The notes under the pieces: model-generated | Told to the model about the DNA's origin: nothing | Seen by the model: the letters and a program-made list of their open reading frames with translations, nothing else | Database searches by the model: none | Assembly: GCA_028826165.1 (NCBI GenBank) | Contig: JAPDFW010000011.1 | Location: 124,001-188,000, forward strand | Reading direction: 5' to 3' | DNA from: Anaeramoeba ignava BMAN | Lineage: Eukaryota; Protista; Anaeramoebae | DNA: 64,000 nt | Program-made: the position numbers and the translations under genes | Shown: one piece after another, positions 1-13,500 of the stretch | Layout: every line of letters starts with the position of its first letter | How positions within the stretch are numbered: position 1 is the first letter of the stretch

Positions 1-78
1 ATTGATTTAATTTTTAATTGATTTAATTTTTTATTGATTTAATTTTTAATTGATTTAATTTTTTATTGATTTTTTAAC

Positions 79-1219
79 CTTGAATCCGTGATTTTAAAAG
101 TTTAACTTCAATTAAACATGCATTTGTTGATTCTTGTCTTATAGCATTATTTCTAATTTGCTTTGCCTTTTTGGCAAATTGTAAAGTTGAGAGAGTAGCA
201 AAAGATGAATTGTGATGAGGAGAAATATTGCAAATAATAGCAGTTTTATGAGAACCACCGATCGAATTCTTGAGAAGAAAAGTGAGTTTTGAATCGGAAA
301 AAGGAATATATTGATGTTGTTCATTTGAGGCAAGAGAATAAAGAGCACCAATAACGTTGTGCAAAGCAAACAAATTAGGATCTGTTTTTACTTGATTTTT
401 AAGAGGCATTCCACAAATTTGGTCGTGATTTTCTCTTTGGGAATCTCCAAGATCAACGAAATGAAGTTTTGATATTTGGATGTTAGTGACACCATTTGTT
501 GTGAAAACTTTTCTTTCGAGGGAGATCGAAAACCACACATGGGAAAGAGAGCTCCCCTTGTTTGAACTTTTGACACTGATCATCTTGCTCTCGTTCCCTT
601 GACGCAAAACACTCAAGACATCCTTTAGATTGTGAGCAATGACTTCTTTTAATCCGTTGACATCAGGACCCAAAATGGGATTTTTTTGAATATTCAAATT
701 TGTTGAGGTTGGAGAAAGAAGATCCACAAGAGAATCCTCATAAATTTCGAAGTATTTGCATGTGATTTGGAAGTCTATTTTGGCATTTTTTCTTTCCTTC
801 TTTTTTTCCGACTTGATTTTTTGGAAAATATCATCAACAATACGCGGAAGTAAACCTCTCATTTGAAAAACAGGGTCTGTTTTCTTTTCTGTTTCAAGGG
901 ATTCCAATGAACCAAAAAGTGTGAAAGATTTTCCTGAGTATTTATCTCCGAAGGCGATGATTGTTGATGTGAATCCTTGCATAAAGGCATTTGAGAAGGA
1001 TTTTCCAATGAAATTATGAACTTGTTCTTGAGAAGTGTCTTCATCCATAACGTAATCAAACCCAAATAGTTTTGGTGGATCAGTCAAAAGTGCAATTTCG
1101 TTTCGAAGATTCCTCACCTCTATGCATTTATCTGGTCCTTTTTCTATTTCTTCTTCAAGTAAGGGTCTAACTCTTATTAAAACACTTAAATCTCTTTGGA
1201 TTGTTAAATTTGTTGTCAT
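79..1219 (-). CDS. Kinesin motor-domain protein (kinesin-12/KIF15-like) with degenerate catalytic motifs; 3' part runs off the window after an intron starting at 78
   Basis: Kinesin fold motifs VRVRP, FGFDYV, FEIYED, LHFVDL, IPFSDSKLTFLLKNSIGG, STLQFAKKAK; CAAG|GTTAAA donor at 78 followed by an AT repeat. Confidence 0.9.
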
Positions 1220-1392
1220 TTATTGAATTAGTTATTTTTTTTTTTAAATCTAAAAGAAGAAAAAAATGAAAGATTGAAAATAAAAAAAAATAAAAAATAT
1301 AAAAAATAAAATTTGGTTTTAATTGTTTAAAAGAAAAAGAAGGAAATTTTTTATTTGAAAAATTTTTTCGTTTTTCTTGATCTTTTCTTTTT

Positions 1393-4300
1393 TTATAATT
1401 CAAATTCGACATTTAAAAATTTTGAAATTGGAGAAGTTTTCTCGAGTTCAAGAGCTGATATGAAACATTTTGCGGCTTCTTTGTAATAGTTTGAAGGATT
1501 ATTATTATCGAGTTGGGCTTTTCTTTGCAAAACTTTTCCAAGACAATACCAGACTCTGTGATTCATTGGATCGAGCCTGATAGAACTTTTGAGAAAAGAT
1601 TCCGCAAGATGGATGTTGTATTGTTTTTCTGTTTGATTTGGTGAAATTTTCTGGTGGTTTTCTGTTGATTTTTGTTGCGGAAGGGAGGAAAGATTTGGAT
1701 CATTAAGATGATTTGAAATCAATGATTCTTTTGGGTTGTCAACAAGGGAGTATTCGTTTTTTGATCTATGAAGATAAGAATGGACATTGGAATTTGGTTT
1801 CAAATGGAGTTTTGATTTTGATTTTGATTTCTGTTGGGGATCGTCTGTTTTGGAGTCTTTGTTGTTGCTGTTGTCATTTCTTTTATTTTTGCTATTATCA
1901 TTATTTTTTGGATTGTCATCATTTCTTTTATTTTTGTTATTATCGTTATTTTTTGGATTGTCAGTATTTTCGCTATCATCACCATTTTCCGAGTCGATAA
2001 AAGAAGATTTGTAGAAAATAAGCCCAGTTTGAAGAAGCGCCTTTTGGTTGTTTGGGGAAAGAGAAAGAGCTTTTTCAAGATGTTCAAGAGCGGATTGATA
2101 GTTTTTGATTTTATAGGCAAGAAAGCCGAGATAATAGAACTGGTCTGAGGTGTGGAAGGGATAGAAGAAGGTTTCCTTGATGCAGTTGAGCGCGTCGTCA
2201 TAGAGGTTGAGGTTGATGAATTTTCTTGCAGATTCGAGCCAGATGAGTTTGAACAGCTTGACTCCGTTGAGCATTTTGGAACGCATTGGGTTAAACTCAT
2301 CCGTTTTGTTTTGAGAGTGTATTGAGTTCTCGTTGAAAAGCTGGTGGATATTTCCCGAGAAGGAGTACTGGCTTTGGAGATCCGAGAAGTTTGTGTTTGA
2401 GGAAAGATCCGAGTTGTCCATGTTTTGGTTTGTGTTCCACACCTCGTTTGTTTTGATCCCGTCGATCATTTCCGTTGAGTTTTTTTTCAATTTATCACGT
2501 GAGTCGGAATCTTGTGGAAGACCCGATTTTCCTTTGTCTGTTTGTTTTGTTTGTTGGAATGATATTTCTTGGTTTTGAGATTTGGATTGGGATTGGATTT
2601 CTTTTTGGGTTGTTTTGTCGGGTGTTTCAAAAGTTGGATCGTATATTTTTCTCCATTGAATCAGCGCCGCTTTGATTGGCGCGAACTGGTTGATTGGGAT
2701 GTTATTTGGTGCGGTTGTTGATATTTCTGCGAGAATTCTTGATTTGAGAAGCAATAAAAGAATGCAATCTTGATGTTCCTCGAGCGCAGCATTGCATGCA
2801 TCGAGCGCAAAGAAGTAGTTTTTCTGCGCGCTCAATACCAGCGTGAAAAGATACCAGTAGCTGACCTTTGAGCGGTCGAGAGAGAGTGAGAGCTTTACAA
2901 AATTCAGGGCGTCTTGATTATTTCGAGCATGTGCATATTGCAGTGCTAAATGGAACGCAATTTTCGAGTCTTTGGGGTTGATTTTGAAGCATTTGTGCAG
3001 ATATTTCAATGCCATCTGCCGATGCCTCTTCTTTTCCTCCATTGTTTTTGATTCAAAAGACAGTTTTCCATAGCAAACCCCGATTGTATATAAACACTGG
3101 GTTCTATTTTTCTTGGTTTTTTTTGCTCGAATCGCCATTTCCAGCGCTTCTTCTGTTAATTTTAAATTATTCACGCATAATTTCGCACACAAAAGAAGCG
3201 CAAACGTGTTTTCTGGTTCTCGCAGAAGAACGTTCTTCAGCGCAAAGTGTGCTTTTCTGTAATGTCTTGCGCAAATCAATGACAAAGCATATTGTGTTCC
3301 AAAATACGGATCCCCAAGTTTGTATTGCAGACCAATTTCAAAAGCTGGGGAAACCATGTTGCTTTGGATGATTGAAGAGTATGCAACAGCAAGATAATCG
3401 AAACATAATTCGGAATTGTCTCTAGCTGTAAAACTATTTGTATATTTACTGGGCAAATTTTCGTTATTAATTGAAACATCTTCATCAATTTTTTCTTTTT
3501 CTTTTTCTTTTTCATTTTCATTTTCATTTTCATTTTCAATTTTAATTTCTTTTTCTTTTTCTTTTTCTTTTTCTTTTTCAATTTTAATTTTAATTTCTTT
3601 TTCAATTTCTTTTATTTTCTCTTCTGGATTCTTTTCAAATCCTTCAATAAGAACCTTCGATAAAATTTTCATCAATAGAATTATTTCTTCGATTCGATTT
3701 TCGGGATAGAACAAATCCGTTGCCTTTTCCTTCTCAATTTTAACGTAATTTTTATCAGAAATATTTGTTGACAATAAATATCCCAATCGAATAAGTGTTT
3801 TCTTTGTAATACCGCTTTCTGTCAAATGCAGATCTCCAACTGCGCGAGAATGCATCTTCCTTTTAAGAAAAAGACGCAGGTTCTTCACAGCTTCATGAAC
3901 ATTTCCTGTCTGTTGTTGCATATTTGCGTAATTGAAAAAAATTTCTTCTACAATTTGATACTGATCCTTTGTCCATCCTACTTTCTCTCTTTCGCTTAGA
4001 GACAGTATTTCTTCTTGGATCTTCCCATAATAATCAATCGCCTCTTTGTGTTCTCCAAGGTTCTCTGAGGCAAGTGCTAGCATCCACTGTGATTCTATCC
4101 ATGTAAAGTCGATTAAATTGGATTTTGTTTTTGTTTTTGTTTTCAGACTTAAAAAATTTTCAAGATATTTCTTCGTTTGTAAATGTTCTTTTTGTAAATG
4201 TGATATTTTTCCTGCAAGAAATAATATTTCCTGTAAAAATACAAAGGAGTTGATTTATTTTGTTATTTTGGAATTTCTTTTTTTTTTTTTTTGGAATTTT

Positions 4301-4428
4301 TTTTTTACTGGATTATTTGGTTCATTTTCTAATGTTTTTTGTATTGTTTCTTTGGCTTCTGTTAACTTTTTAGTTGATATTAAAGTTTCTACTGTTTTTA
4401 TTATTTCACGAACTGTTTTTTTAGACAT
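1393..4428 (-). CDS. TPR-repeat protein, TTC7/Ypp1/NPG1-like; 2 exons (intron 4231-4308)
   Basis: Multiple TPRs; segment LALQYA...WYLFTLVLSAQK...ALDACNAALEE resembles TTC7/NPGR; ATG at 4428 and a GT..CAG intron restore the frame into the 896-aa ORF. Confidence 0.75.
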
Positions 4429-4598
4429 TTAATTGAATATTTTTATTATTAAAAAAAAAAGAAAAAAAAAAGGAATGAAGAAAAAAATGAAAAATTTTTT
4501 TTTTCATTTTTTTCATTTTTTTCATTTTCATTTTTATTTTGAATTTAAATTTGATTTTTTCTATTTCTTCTTTTTGTTTTTTTTTCTTATTAATCTAA

Positions 4599-7500
4599 AT
4601 GAGTAATTTAGATATTCGAAACCAAAAAAAACAAACTTTTTTTGCAAATTTTCTAGTAGATGGAGAAATTTTAGAAAAATTATGGCAAATTTATCAAAAA
4701 TCACCAGATGTAAATAATAAAAATAATAATAAAAAAAAAAAGCAAAAAAATTTTCAAAATAAAAATAAAAAATTAAAAATTAAAATAAAAAAGGAATCAA
4801 ATTTTTATTCTTTTGGTCAACAATTTATTATTTCTTTTATGAAATGGAATCCAGAACAAAAATTTAATTCAGAAAAAGAGAAAGATCTTAATTTAGCAAT
4901 TGAAATGCATTTTGCACATCCTTATGAAGTTATTGTAGCAATAATAAAAGCATTTGCAAGATGTCTTGAAAATTTAGAAAGTAAAAAATTTCAAAAGAAA
5001 AAAGATGTTTTTGTTTTTTTAATTTTTCTTTTTTTTTTAGAAATTAAAATTACCCAAAAAGAAAATGAACGAATTGATTTTCGAAATTCAAATCTTAAAT
5101 GTTTAATTTCTCTTGAAATTATTTTAATCCTTTGTCGTTCACCTTATAACAGGGAACAACTTATAAATTTAGAAATATTTACCATATTATCACAATTTCT
5201 TGAAATATCGAAAGATTTTCTTATAATTATATCACAACAAGTTAATTAAATTTAAAAACAATTTAAGAAAATTTATATTTAACAAATTTATTCAACAAAT
5301 TTATATTTAACAAATTTTATTTAACAAATTTATATTTAACAAATTTATTAAACAAATTTATATTAAACAAATTTATATTAAACAAATTTATATTAAACAA
5401 ATTTATATTAAAAAAATTTATATTAAACAAATTTATATTAAACAAATTTATTCAACAAGTTTATATTTAACAAATTTATATTTAACAAATTTATATTAAA
5501 TAAATTTATATTAAACAAATTTATATTAAACAAATTTATATTAAACAAATTTATATTAAACAAATTTATATTAAACAAATTTATATTAAACAAATTTATA
5601 TTTAACAAATTTATATTTAACAAATATATTAAAACAAATTTATATTTAACAAGTTTATATTAAAACAAATTTATATTAAACAAATTTATATTAAACAAAT
5701 TTATATTAAACAAATTTATATTTAACAAATTTTATTAAACAAAATTTATATTTAACAAATTTATATTTAAACAAATTTATATTTAACAAATTTATATAAA
5801 ACAAATTTATATTAAAACAAATTTATATTTAAACAAATTTATATTTAACAAAATTTATATTTAACAAATTTTATTTAACAAATTTATATTTAACAAATTT
5901 ATTCAACAAATTTATATTAAAACAAGTTTATATTTAACAAATTTATATTTAACAAATTTATATTAAACAAATTTATTAAAAACAAATTTATATTTAACAA
6001 ATTTATATTAAACAAATTTATATATTTAACAAATTTTATATTTAACAAATTTATATTAAACAAATTTATATTTAACAAATTTATATTAAAACAAATTTAT
6101 ATTTAACCAAAATTTATATTTAATAAATTTATATTAAACAAATTTATATTAAACAAATTTATATTAAACAAATTTATATTAAACAAATTTATATTAAACA
6201 AATTTATATTTAACAAATTTATTAAACAAATTTATATTTAACAAATTTATATTAAAACAAATTTATTAAACAAGTTTATATTTAGCAAAATTTATATTTA
6301 ACAAATTTATATTAAACAAATTTATATTAAACAAATTTATATTAAAACAAATTTATATTAAACAAATTTATATTAAAACAAATTTATATTTAGCAAAATT
6401 TATATTTAACAAATTTATATTTAACAAATTTATATTTAACAAATATATTAAACAAATTTATATTTAACAAGTTTATATTTAACAAATTTATATTTAACAA
6501 ATTTATATTTAACAAATTTATATTTAACAAATTTATATTTAACAAATTTATATTTAACAAATTTATATTAAACAAATTTATATTTAACAAATTTATATTT
6601 AACAAATTTATATTAAAACAAATTTATATTTAACAAATTTATTCAACAAGTTTATATTAAACAAATTTATATTAAACAAATTTATTCAACAAGTTTATAT
6701 TTAACAAATTTATATTAAACAAATTTATATTAAACAAATTTATATTAAACAAATTTATATTTAAACAAATTTATATTAAACAAATTTATATTTAACAAAT
6801 TTATATTTAACAAATTTATATTTAACAAATTTATTCAACAAATTTATATTAAACAAATTTATATTTAACAAATTTATATTAAACAAATTTATATTAAACA
6901 AATTTATATTAAACAAATTTATATTAAACAAATTTATATTAAACAAATTTATATTTAACAAATTTATATTAAACAAATTTATATTAAACAAATTTATATT
7001 TAACAAATTTATTCAACAAATTTATATTTAACAATTTAGGAAAGAAATCAACATATGTTCAATAATTTATTTCTCGTTCAATATATTTATAGTAAATGTT
7101 TAGAAATTATTAATCGTTTTTTTCGACATAATGATATTGATGAAGAAAAGAAAAAATTTTATATTGGGTTTAGAAGATATGGGATTGTAAGGAAAATTTT
7201 AGGTAAAAATTATAATAAATACAAAATAAAAATTTATAATAAATATAAAATAAAATTTATAATAAATACAAAATAAAAATTTATAATAAATATAAAATAT
7301 AAAATAAAATTTATAAAAATAGAGTCATTAAAAGAAAATTTAAATTTGAGGAAAAAATATGTTTTCACAAAAAAACATTATGATCTCCAAAACCACTTTC
7401 TTGATATATTAGAACAGTTATTTTTATTTGATATTTTTTCTACAGATGAAAAAATTGAAATGGCATCACTTCTTATTGATTTTTTCAAGTTGCCAAATTT

Positions 7501-10500
7501 GCAACTTCCTACAATTGGGATTGAAGAAGAAAATGAATTTGAAGCAGAAAAAAAAATCAACGATGTTTATCAAACAAATTTTTTTGGATTTAATGAAAAG
7601 GAAACAGAGTTTGAAATGATTGAAGAAAATATTGTGAGCAAGAATTTTATACCCGAACATTGGGAATGCATATTGGTTGATGTTGCGTTTAAGTTTTTGA
7701 TCTTATTGGTTCGTCATTTATCGATTCATACATTAATCATTTCTGATTCAAGAATATTGGGTTTGCGAGAATTGATTTTATGGATGGCATATCGTTTCCG
7801 GATCAACAAGAAGGATTCCAGGAACGAACAAGATAATTTGAATTCTGAAAGTGATAGAGAAAGTATTCAAGAAGAGAATCGTGATATTATTGAAAATTCA
7901 GGATGTAAAAAAAAATATTTTTATTATAATTTTATGATTTTATATTAATTTTATATTAATTTTATAATAGATTTTTTTTTATCGAAATGCTTTTTTCCAC
8001 AAGAAAGATTGAAACTTGTTCTTAATTTTATTAATTTTGAAGTGAATACAACAAATTCTCATCTTGATAATATGTTTCATAATTTACGAAATTTTGCATT
8101 GATTTCTCCAAAAGGAGGATTAAAAACGAAGATACAAAATAAATATCGGGCTTTGAATGAACCATATTTAATATTGCAAAAAGAGGAGAATTTTCCAAAT
8201 ACATTAAGACAACGAATTTTTTTGCTTTTGTTTGATTTGTTTAGGAAGCGAGATGGAGATTCTGCTTTTATTCAAGAGATTATTGATTATCATGAAAAGT
8301 TTGCTGGAGAGTTACAAATATATGTTATTTTAGAATTAGAAAAGTGGGTTTTATTGAATGATGAGAGTCTTCAGCAAGATTTACAGTTTTTACAGAGGAG
8401 TGGATGTTGGGATATTCTTTTTTCGAAGAGTTTTATTACGCCTTTATATGTAATCTAAATATAAAATATTAAATAAATATTAAATAAATATAAAATATTA
8501 AATAAATATTAAATAAATATTAAATAAATATAAAATAAATATAAAATATTTAAAAATATTAAATAAATATTAAATAAATATTAAATAAATATAAAATATA
8601 AAATAAATATTAAATAAATATTAAATAAATATTAAATAAATATTAAATAAATATTAAATAAATATTAAATAAATATTTAAAAATATTAAATAAATATAAA
8701 ATAAATATTTAAAAATATTAAATAAATATTAAATAAATATTTAAAAATATTAAATAAATATTAAATAAATATTTAAAAATATTAAATAAATATTAAATAA
8801 ATATTAAATATTTTTTATTAAAAAAAAGGATCAAGATTTTCAACCCTTTCCAACTCCAAGACTTCTCATAAAATTATTTATAGATATCATTAAAAACTTT
8901 CAAGAATTTGATTACCAAGTTCTTCTCAATTTTATAAGCAAAAACAAAAATAACTTGGGAATTCTCAGATTAGGCCTTCAAATATTAATGGTTGTAACAA
9001 ATGATTCCAAATCAAGAGAATGGGTTTTTGGAAGACTAAACAGAGACGAAGAATTCATTATTAAATTGGTAAAAATGATGCAATCGTTGAGACTAGAAAA
9101 CCCAAAAAAAGTGCATGGTGTTGAGGATCGAGAGGGAATTGATGAACATGAACAGGAAAATCAACAACGAAAAATTATGCAACTCTCGGAAGTTGTTGAG
9201 ATGAGCTTTGAAATACTTCATCAATACATTTTGTTTGAAACAGAACAAAAACGAATTCTTATGCACAAAGATGTGATAACACTTCTTGTTGGGATTCTCT
9301 CGAATCCACATTTAAAAAACTTTGTTTTGGATGATTTGGGGTTGATTATCGACACAATTGATTCTGTAACTGAAGATGCACAGTTTCTTTTTGGCAAAAT
9401 CATTGAAGTGATGTTTTTTCTAGCACAATACACAGATAACATTTCAGTGTTCAACTTCAGAATCGGAGTTGTAAAGGATATTCTGAATGTGTGCATCAAT
9501 AAGATCTCAGTGCATCGGAATACGATCCAAACTTTACTTGTAAATGCGGGCGCGTTTTCTGCGTTGATGAGTCTTTTAAGCAACCAGAAGATGTCAGAAG
9601 ATATCACTGAGACGATATTTGCGATCATTCTTCAACTTCTAAGAGAAAATGAGATGAGTCTTGTTCAATTCAAAAAGCAAATCGGTTACACTTCCTTTCT
9701 GACTGTTCTTCAGGATATGCAGAACAGACTCACTCCTGAGAATATCTTTGCAATACTTCTGCAAATGCTTGTTAACAATGGAAATTTTGATTTCGATAAC
9801 AATTACATTATCCAAAATCAAGATGTTATTCTTGTTATTTTTGAGCTTTTTTCGCAACCTCAGTATTCAGGTTTAGATCCAAGCATTGAGAAAAACGAGT
9901 CCAAAATGAAGAAGCAACGGCCGATTGAATTTGAGACGATTGTGGAAATATTCAGCGGGATATGCGCCAAATCAGTGCATAACACTTCATGCTGTTGTGA
10001 TGTTGGACTGATTAGTTTTCTACTGAATTATATTGCGAAAATTGACAATTTTATTTTACTTGACAAAATTCTTACATTTATCGGTAAACTTGGATCGCAT
10101 CGGATCCTTGTTGCGGAGCTTAAGCTCTACACAGCGCTGTTCAAGTCGTTTCTGCGTAAGAAAAAGACTTATATTGCATGTGAAATGGTCCGAGAGATGA
10201 AAAAGATGATCAAACAAACACAAGAAGGTCCATCTAATTTTTTTGATTTCAATGGAACTCAGTCGTATATCAAACTCCCGCCTGTTGACACGAGTTCTGT
10301 GCGCGGAATTACCCTCCACACATGGCTCAGATTTGAGAGTTTTGTGTCGCCGCTCAGCACGGGGAAGTATCGACCGAGGATTTTTAGTTTTTTCCAAAAC
10401 AAACAAGCTGGATTTGAGTTTTTCTTAAAAACACCCAAAAATACACATCAAGAATCGCAGATCATTTTGCAAGTTTACAGCAAAAAAGCGATGCCACAAA

Positions 10501-13500
10501 CGCAGAAAGTGCAATGTATGCTTGAGCCGAAAATATGGTATTTTATGGCTTTTACGTTATCTACTGAGCGAGAAGGAACGTCTATATGTTTTTACATAAA
10601 CGACAAACTAATAAGAAAACTTGATCTAACAAAAATTCTTCTTGGGAAGAAATACATCAAGAACAGAGTCGGGTCGAATAGTAAGGCGCTTCATCCTTTC
10701 TATGGGCAAATGGCGACAATTTATATGTATGATGTTGTTCTTGAATCCGAAAGGATCCAATCTGTATATTCTCTTGGCCCTAATTACAAGTCACTTTTCT
10801 ATCAATATGAACTGAGAAATTTCCGTATGTTTGAATCAATGAAGTCAATTTTTGATGGTTCTCTTACTTCCAGGATACTCATGTGTTTCAATTCAAATGC
10901 GCGACAAGAAATGCTCTGCTACAACCAGAGTCCTGTTATTGGTTCCCATCCTGAGCTTGAGACTGCTAAACTTCATCATGTGTTTACTTGTTCAAGAACT
11001 ACTGTAGATAGTATTATCAATTGTCTTGGTGGAATTCAAGCATTTTTCTCGCTTTTTTTTGAGTTAGGTCTTGAGAAGTATGAAGAGAATATGGATGATA
11101 AGGATAAGTGGAATTATGTGAGTTTGGATGAGGAAGATGAAGATGAGGATGAAGATTATTTAAATAATTTAAATAACTTAAATAATTCAAATAATTTAAA
11201 TAATTTAAATAACTTAAATAATTCAAATAATTTAAATAATTCAAATAATTCAAATAATTCAAATAATTCAAATAACTTAAATAATTTAAAAGATTCAAAT
11301 AATTTAAAAGATTCAAATGAAAATTCCACAAAACCAAATTTTATAAATATCCCAAAAAATAACCCAAAAAATATCATTGAAAAACATATGCAATCCATCT
11401 TCGAACAACTTTTTGAAATCATTGTGCACATACTTAGATCAAACAAAACATATCAAACAGAAATAGTCGCTATCCAAGGATTCTCAATAATCGCACTATT
11501 TCTGAAACAAATACATCCCAAACACATCACAACCAAAATAATTGAGATGATCAAGTCACTCTCATTATCACCAAGTGAGGAAATCTTTCTGGAAGAATTC
11601 AAAAAAAACCTGCTTGTTAATTTTGGGATCTGGTTCAAATGCGCGCCCAAATTTCAATCACAAATTCTTCACCACATCTCAATTTTGATTGAGTTGCAGG
11701 AAAAGCAACAAGAACTCTCGCGAATAGAAAAAGAGAAAAAACAAGACAAAGAATGGCAGATAGAAATGGATGAACAAACAGCGGAGGAAAGCGGTGTTCT
11801 CGACTACGAAAAGACGCACCGCAAAGAAACGAAGATTGAATGGAAAATCAACCTGAAGGATCTCGTATCGATTGTGAGAGTGTATGATCATTACATGAGC
11901 CGAGGAAAAACCGAAACAGAATACATTGCGCGGAATAGCAAAGAGGAGGAAAAGGAGGAAGAGCAAACTGATGAGCAGAAGAGCATTGAGGATCTTTGCC
12001 AACAGATATTTGGGCATTTCCGGATTTTTCTTGCGCGACAAGAGGATTCTTTCAGGATCATTGTTGACCGATGCATGACTATGAGAACAGGGTTTATTGT
12101 GCAGTTTGCGTTGGAGACGATTCTGAGGTTTCTCAAAGAAGAATCGTTAGTCCGAATGCAGATGAGGATTGTGGAGAAAAATCCGTGGATATTTGATCCA
12201 TTTCTGCGAATGCTTGAGAATTCAGGACGATTAAGTGCCAGATGTCTCTGCATCGCAATTATGCAGCGACTTGAGCGATTGCGGGAGAAGGTGCAGCAAC
12301 GGAAGGAGCATAAGAAGAAGGAGAAAAGCCGGCGCAAGAGCCGGAAACAGAACACTGCTGGAGAGCTTGTAACGCTCGAGGAAATATTTCCTCTTGTGCA
12401 TGAAATAATTGTTTCAAAAAATTTATATCAAAAAGGGATTCTTGAGAACCTCTACGGGATATTTGTGTTTGAGGAAAGAAATATTTATCTTGAAGTGGAG
12501 CGTATTCAGCACCCGCATGTTCTCAAGACGATATGCGCAGTGATTGCGCAGAAACCAACAGAATTTGGATTGAACATTCTGTGCTGCGTGAAAATGCGAG
12601 TGGAAGAAGAGCCTTTAAATTGCGCAGCGGTTCTTTCCCAGCACGGATGGCAGAAGTGGCTTCTTCAGTTAATAGGGCCATCTGTGATCCAGAAAACAGG
12701 TGATTTTGATGAGGAAAATCAGCTGCATTCAGCAATCAATGAGACTGCGCTAGGGATATTCAAGAGAATGCATGTGTACTGTCTATTGCAACCCAATGTT
12801 TCTTTTGTGGATGTTTTTGAGCAGCTTCTTTTCTTCATCGACGCTCTCTGGCATAAAACTTTTGTTGTTGGATCAAGTATAGTTGCGCGAATGATTTCGG
12901 ATGTTGTTGTTGGTGTTGATCGCCAGAAACCCCTTGATATCCCTCGCCACTTCATCGACAATCTTGCGTATCTTGTGGGTCTTGTTAATGTGTATATTTT
13001 CCCGCGAAGACATCCTGATGCGGAGAACACCGAGCCGCGAAAAGACGAACTTGCGCATCTGAAAAAATGGAAAAGAAAAATCGCTCCAAGTTCAACAGCG
13101 CTCTTTGGGATGTGGAGTCGCAAGGACATCCGCACGCTCGACCCCATCCTACTCAACACTGAAATCGAGGAGATTCCTATGATGTTTGAACCCTCGTTTG
13201 TTATCAGACTCACAAGACTACTCAACTCGGCCCACTTGATGTCGCCAAAGGGTTTGCCGATCAAGGAAAAACATGTTCTTTTTGGCGTGTATAAAACAAT
13301 CGTTGTTCTTCTTCTTCTTTCAATGAAGTTCGCAGAGCAGTCTGAACTTGTTCTGATTCTTGATTTTCTCTTTGATCTCCACACACAACCTCTCAGTCTT
13401 TCTTCTCCCATTTTCAAGCCTGTTTCGCAATTTCTCTACATCACCTTCAGCTATCTTTTCTCCTCAATATACTCTTCCATCGAAAGCAGGAAATCCTCGG

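Noticed and set aside
5438-7006. Short ORFs of LNINL, YKYK, ILIL, DFDF and KLKL type, and antisense ORFs over real genes
   Set aside because: Translations of microsatellites or shadows of the coding strand
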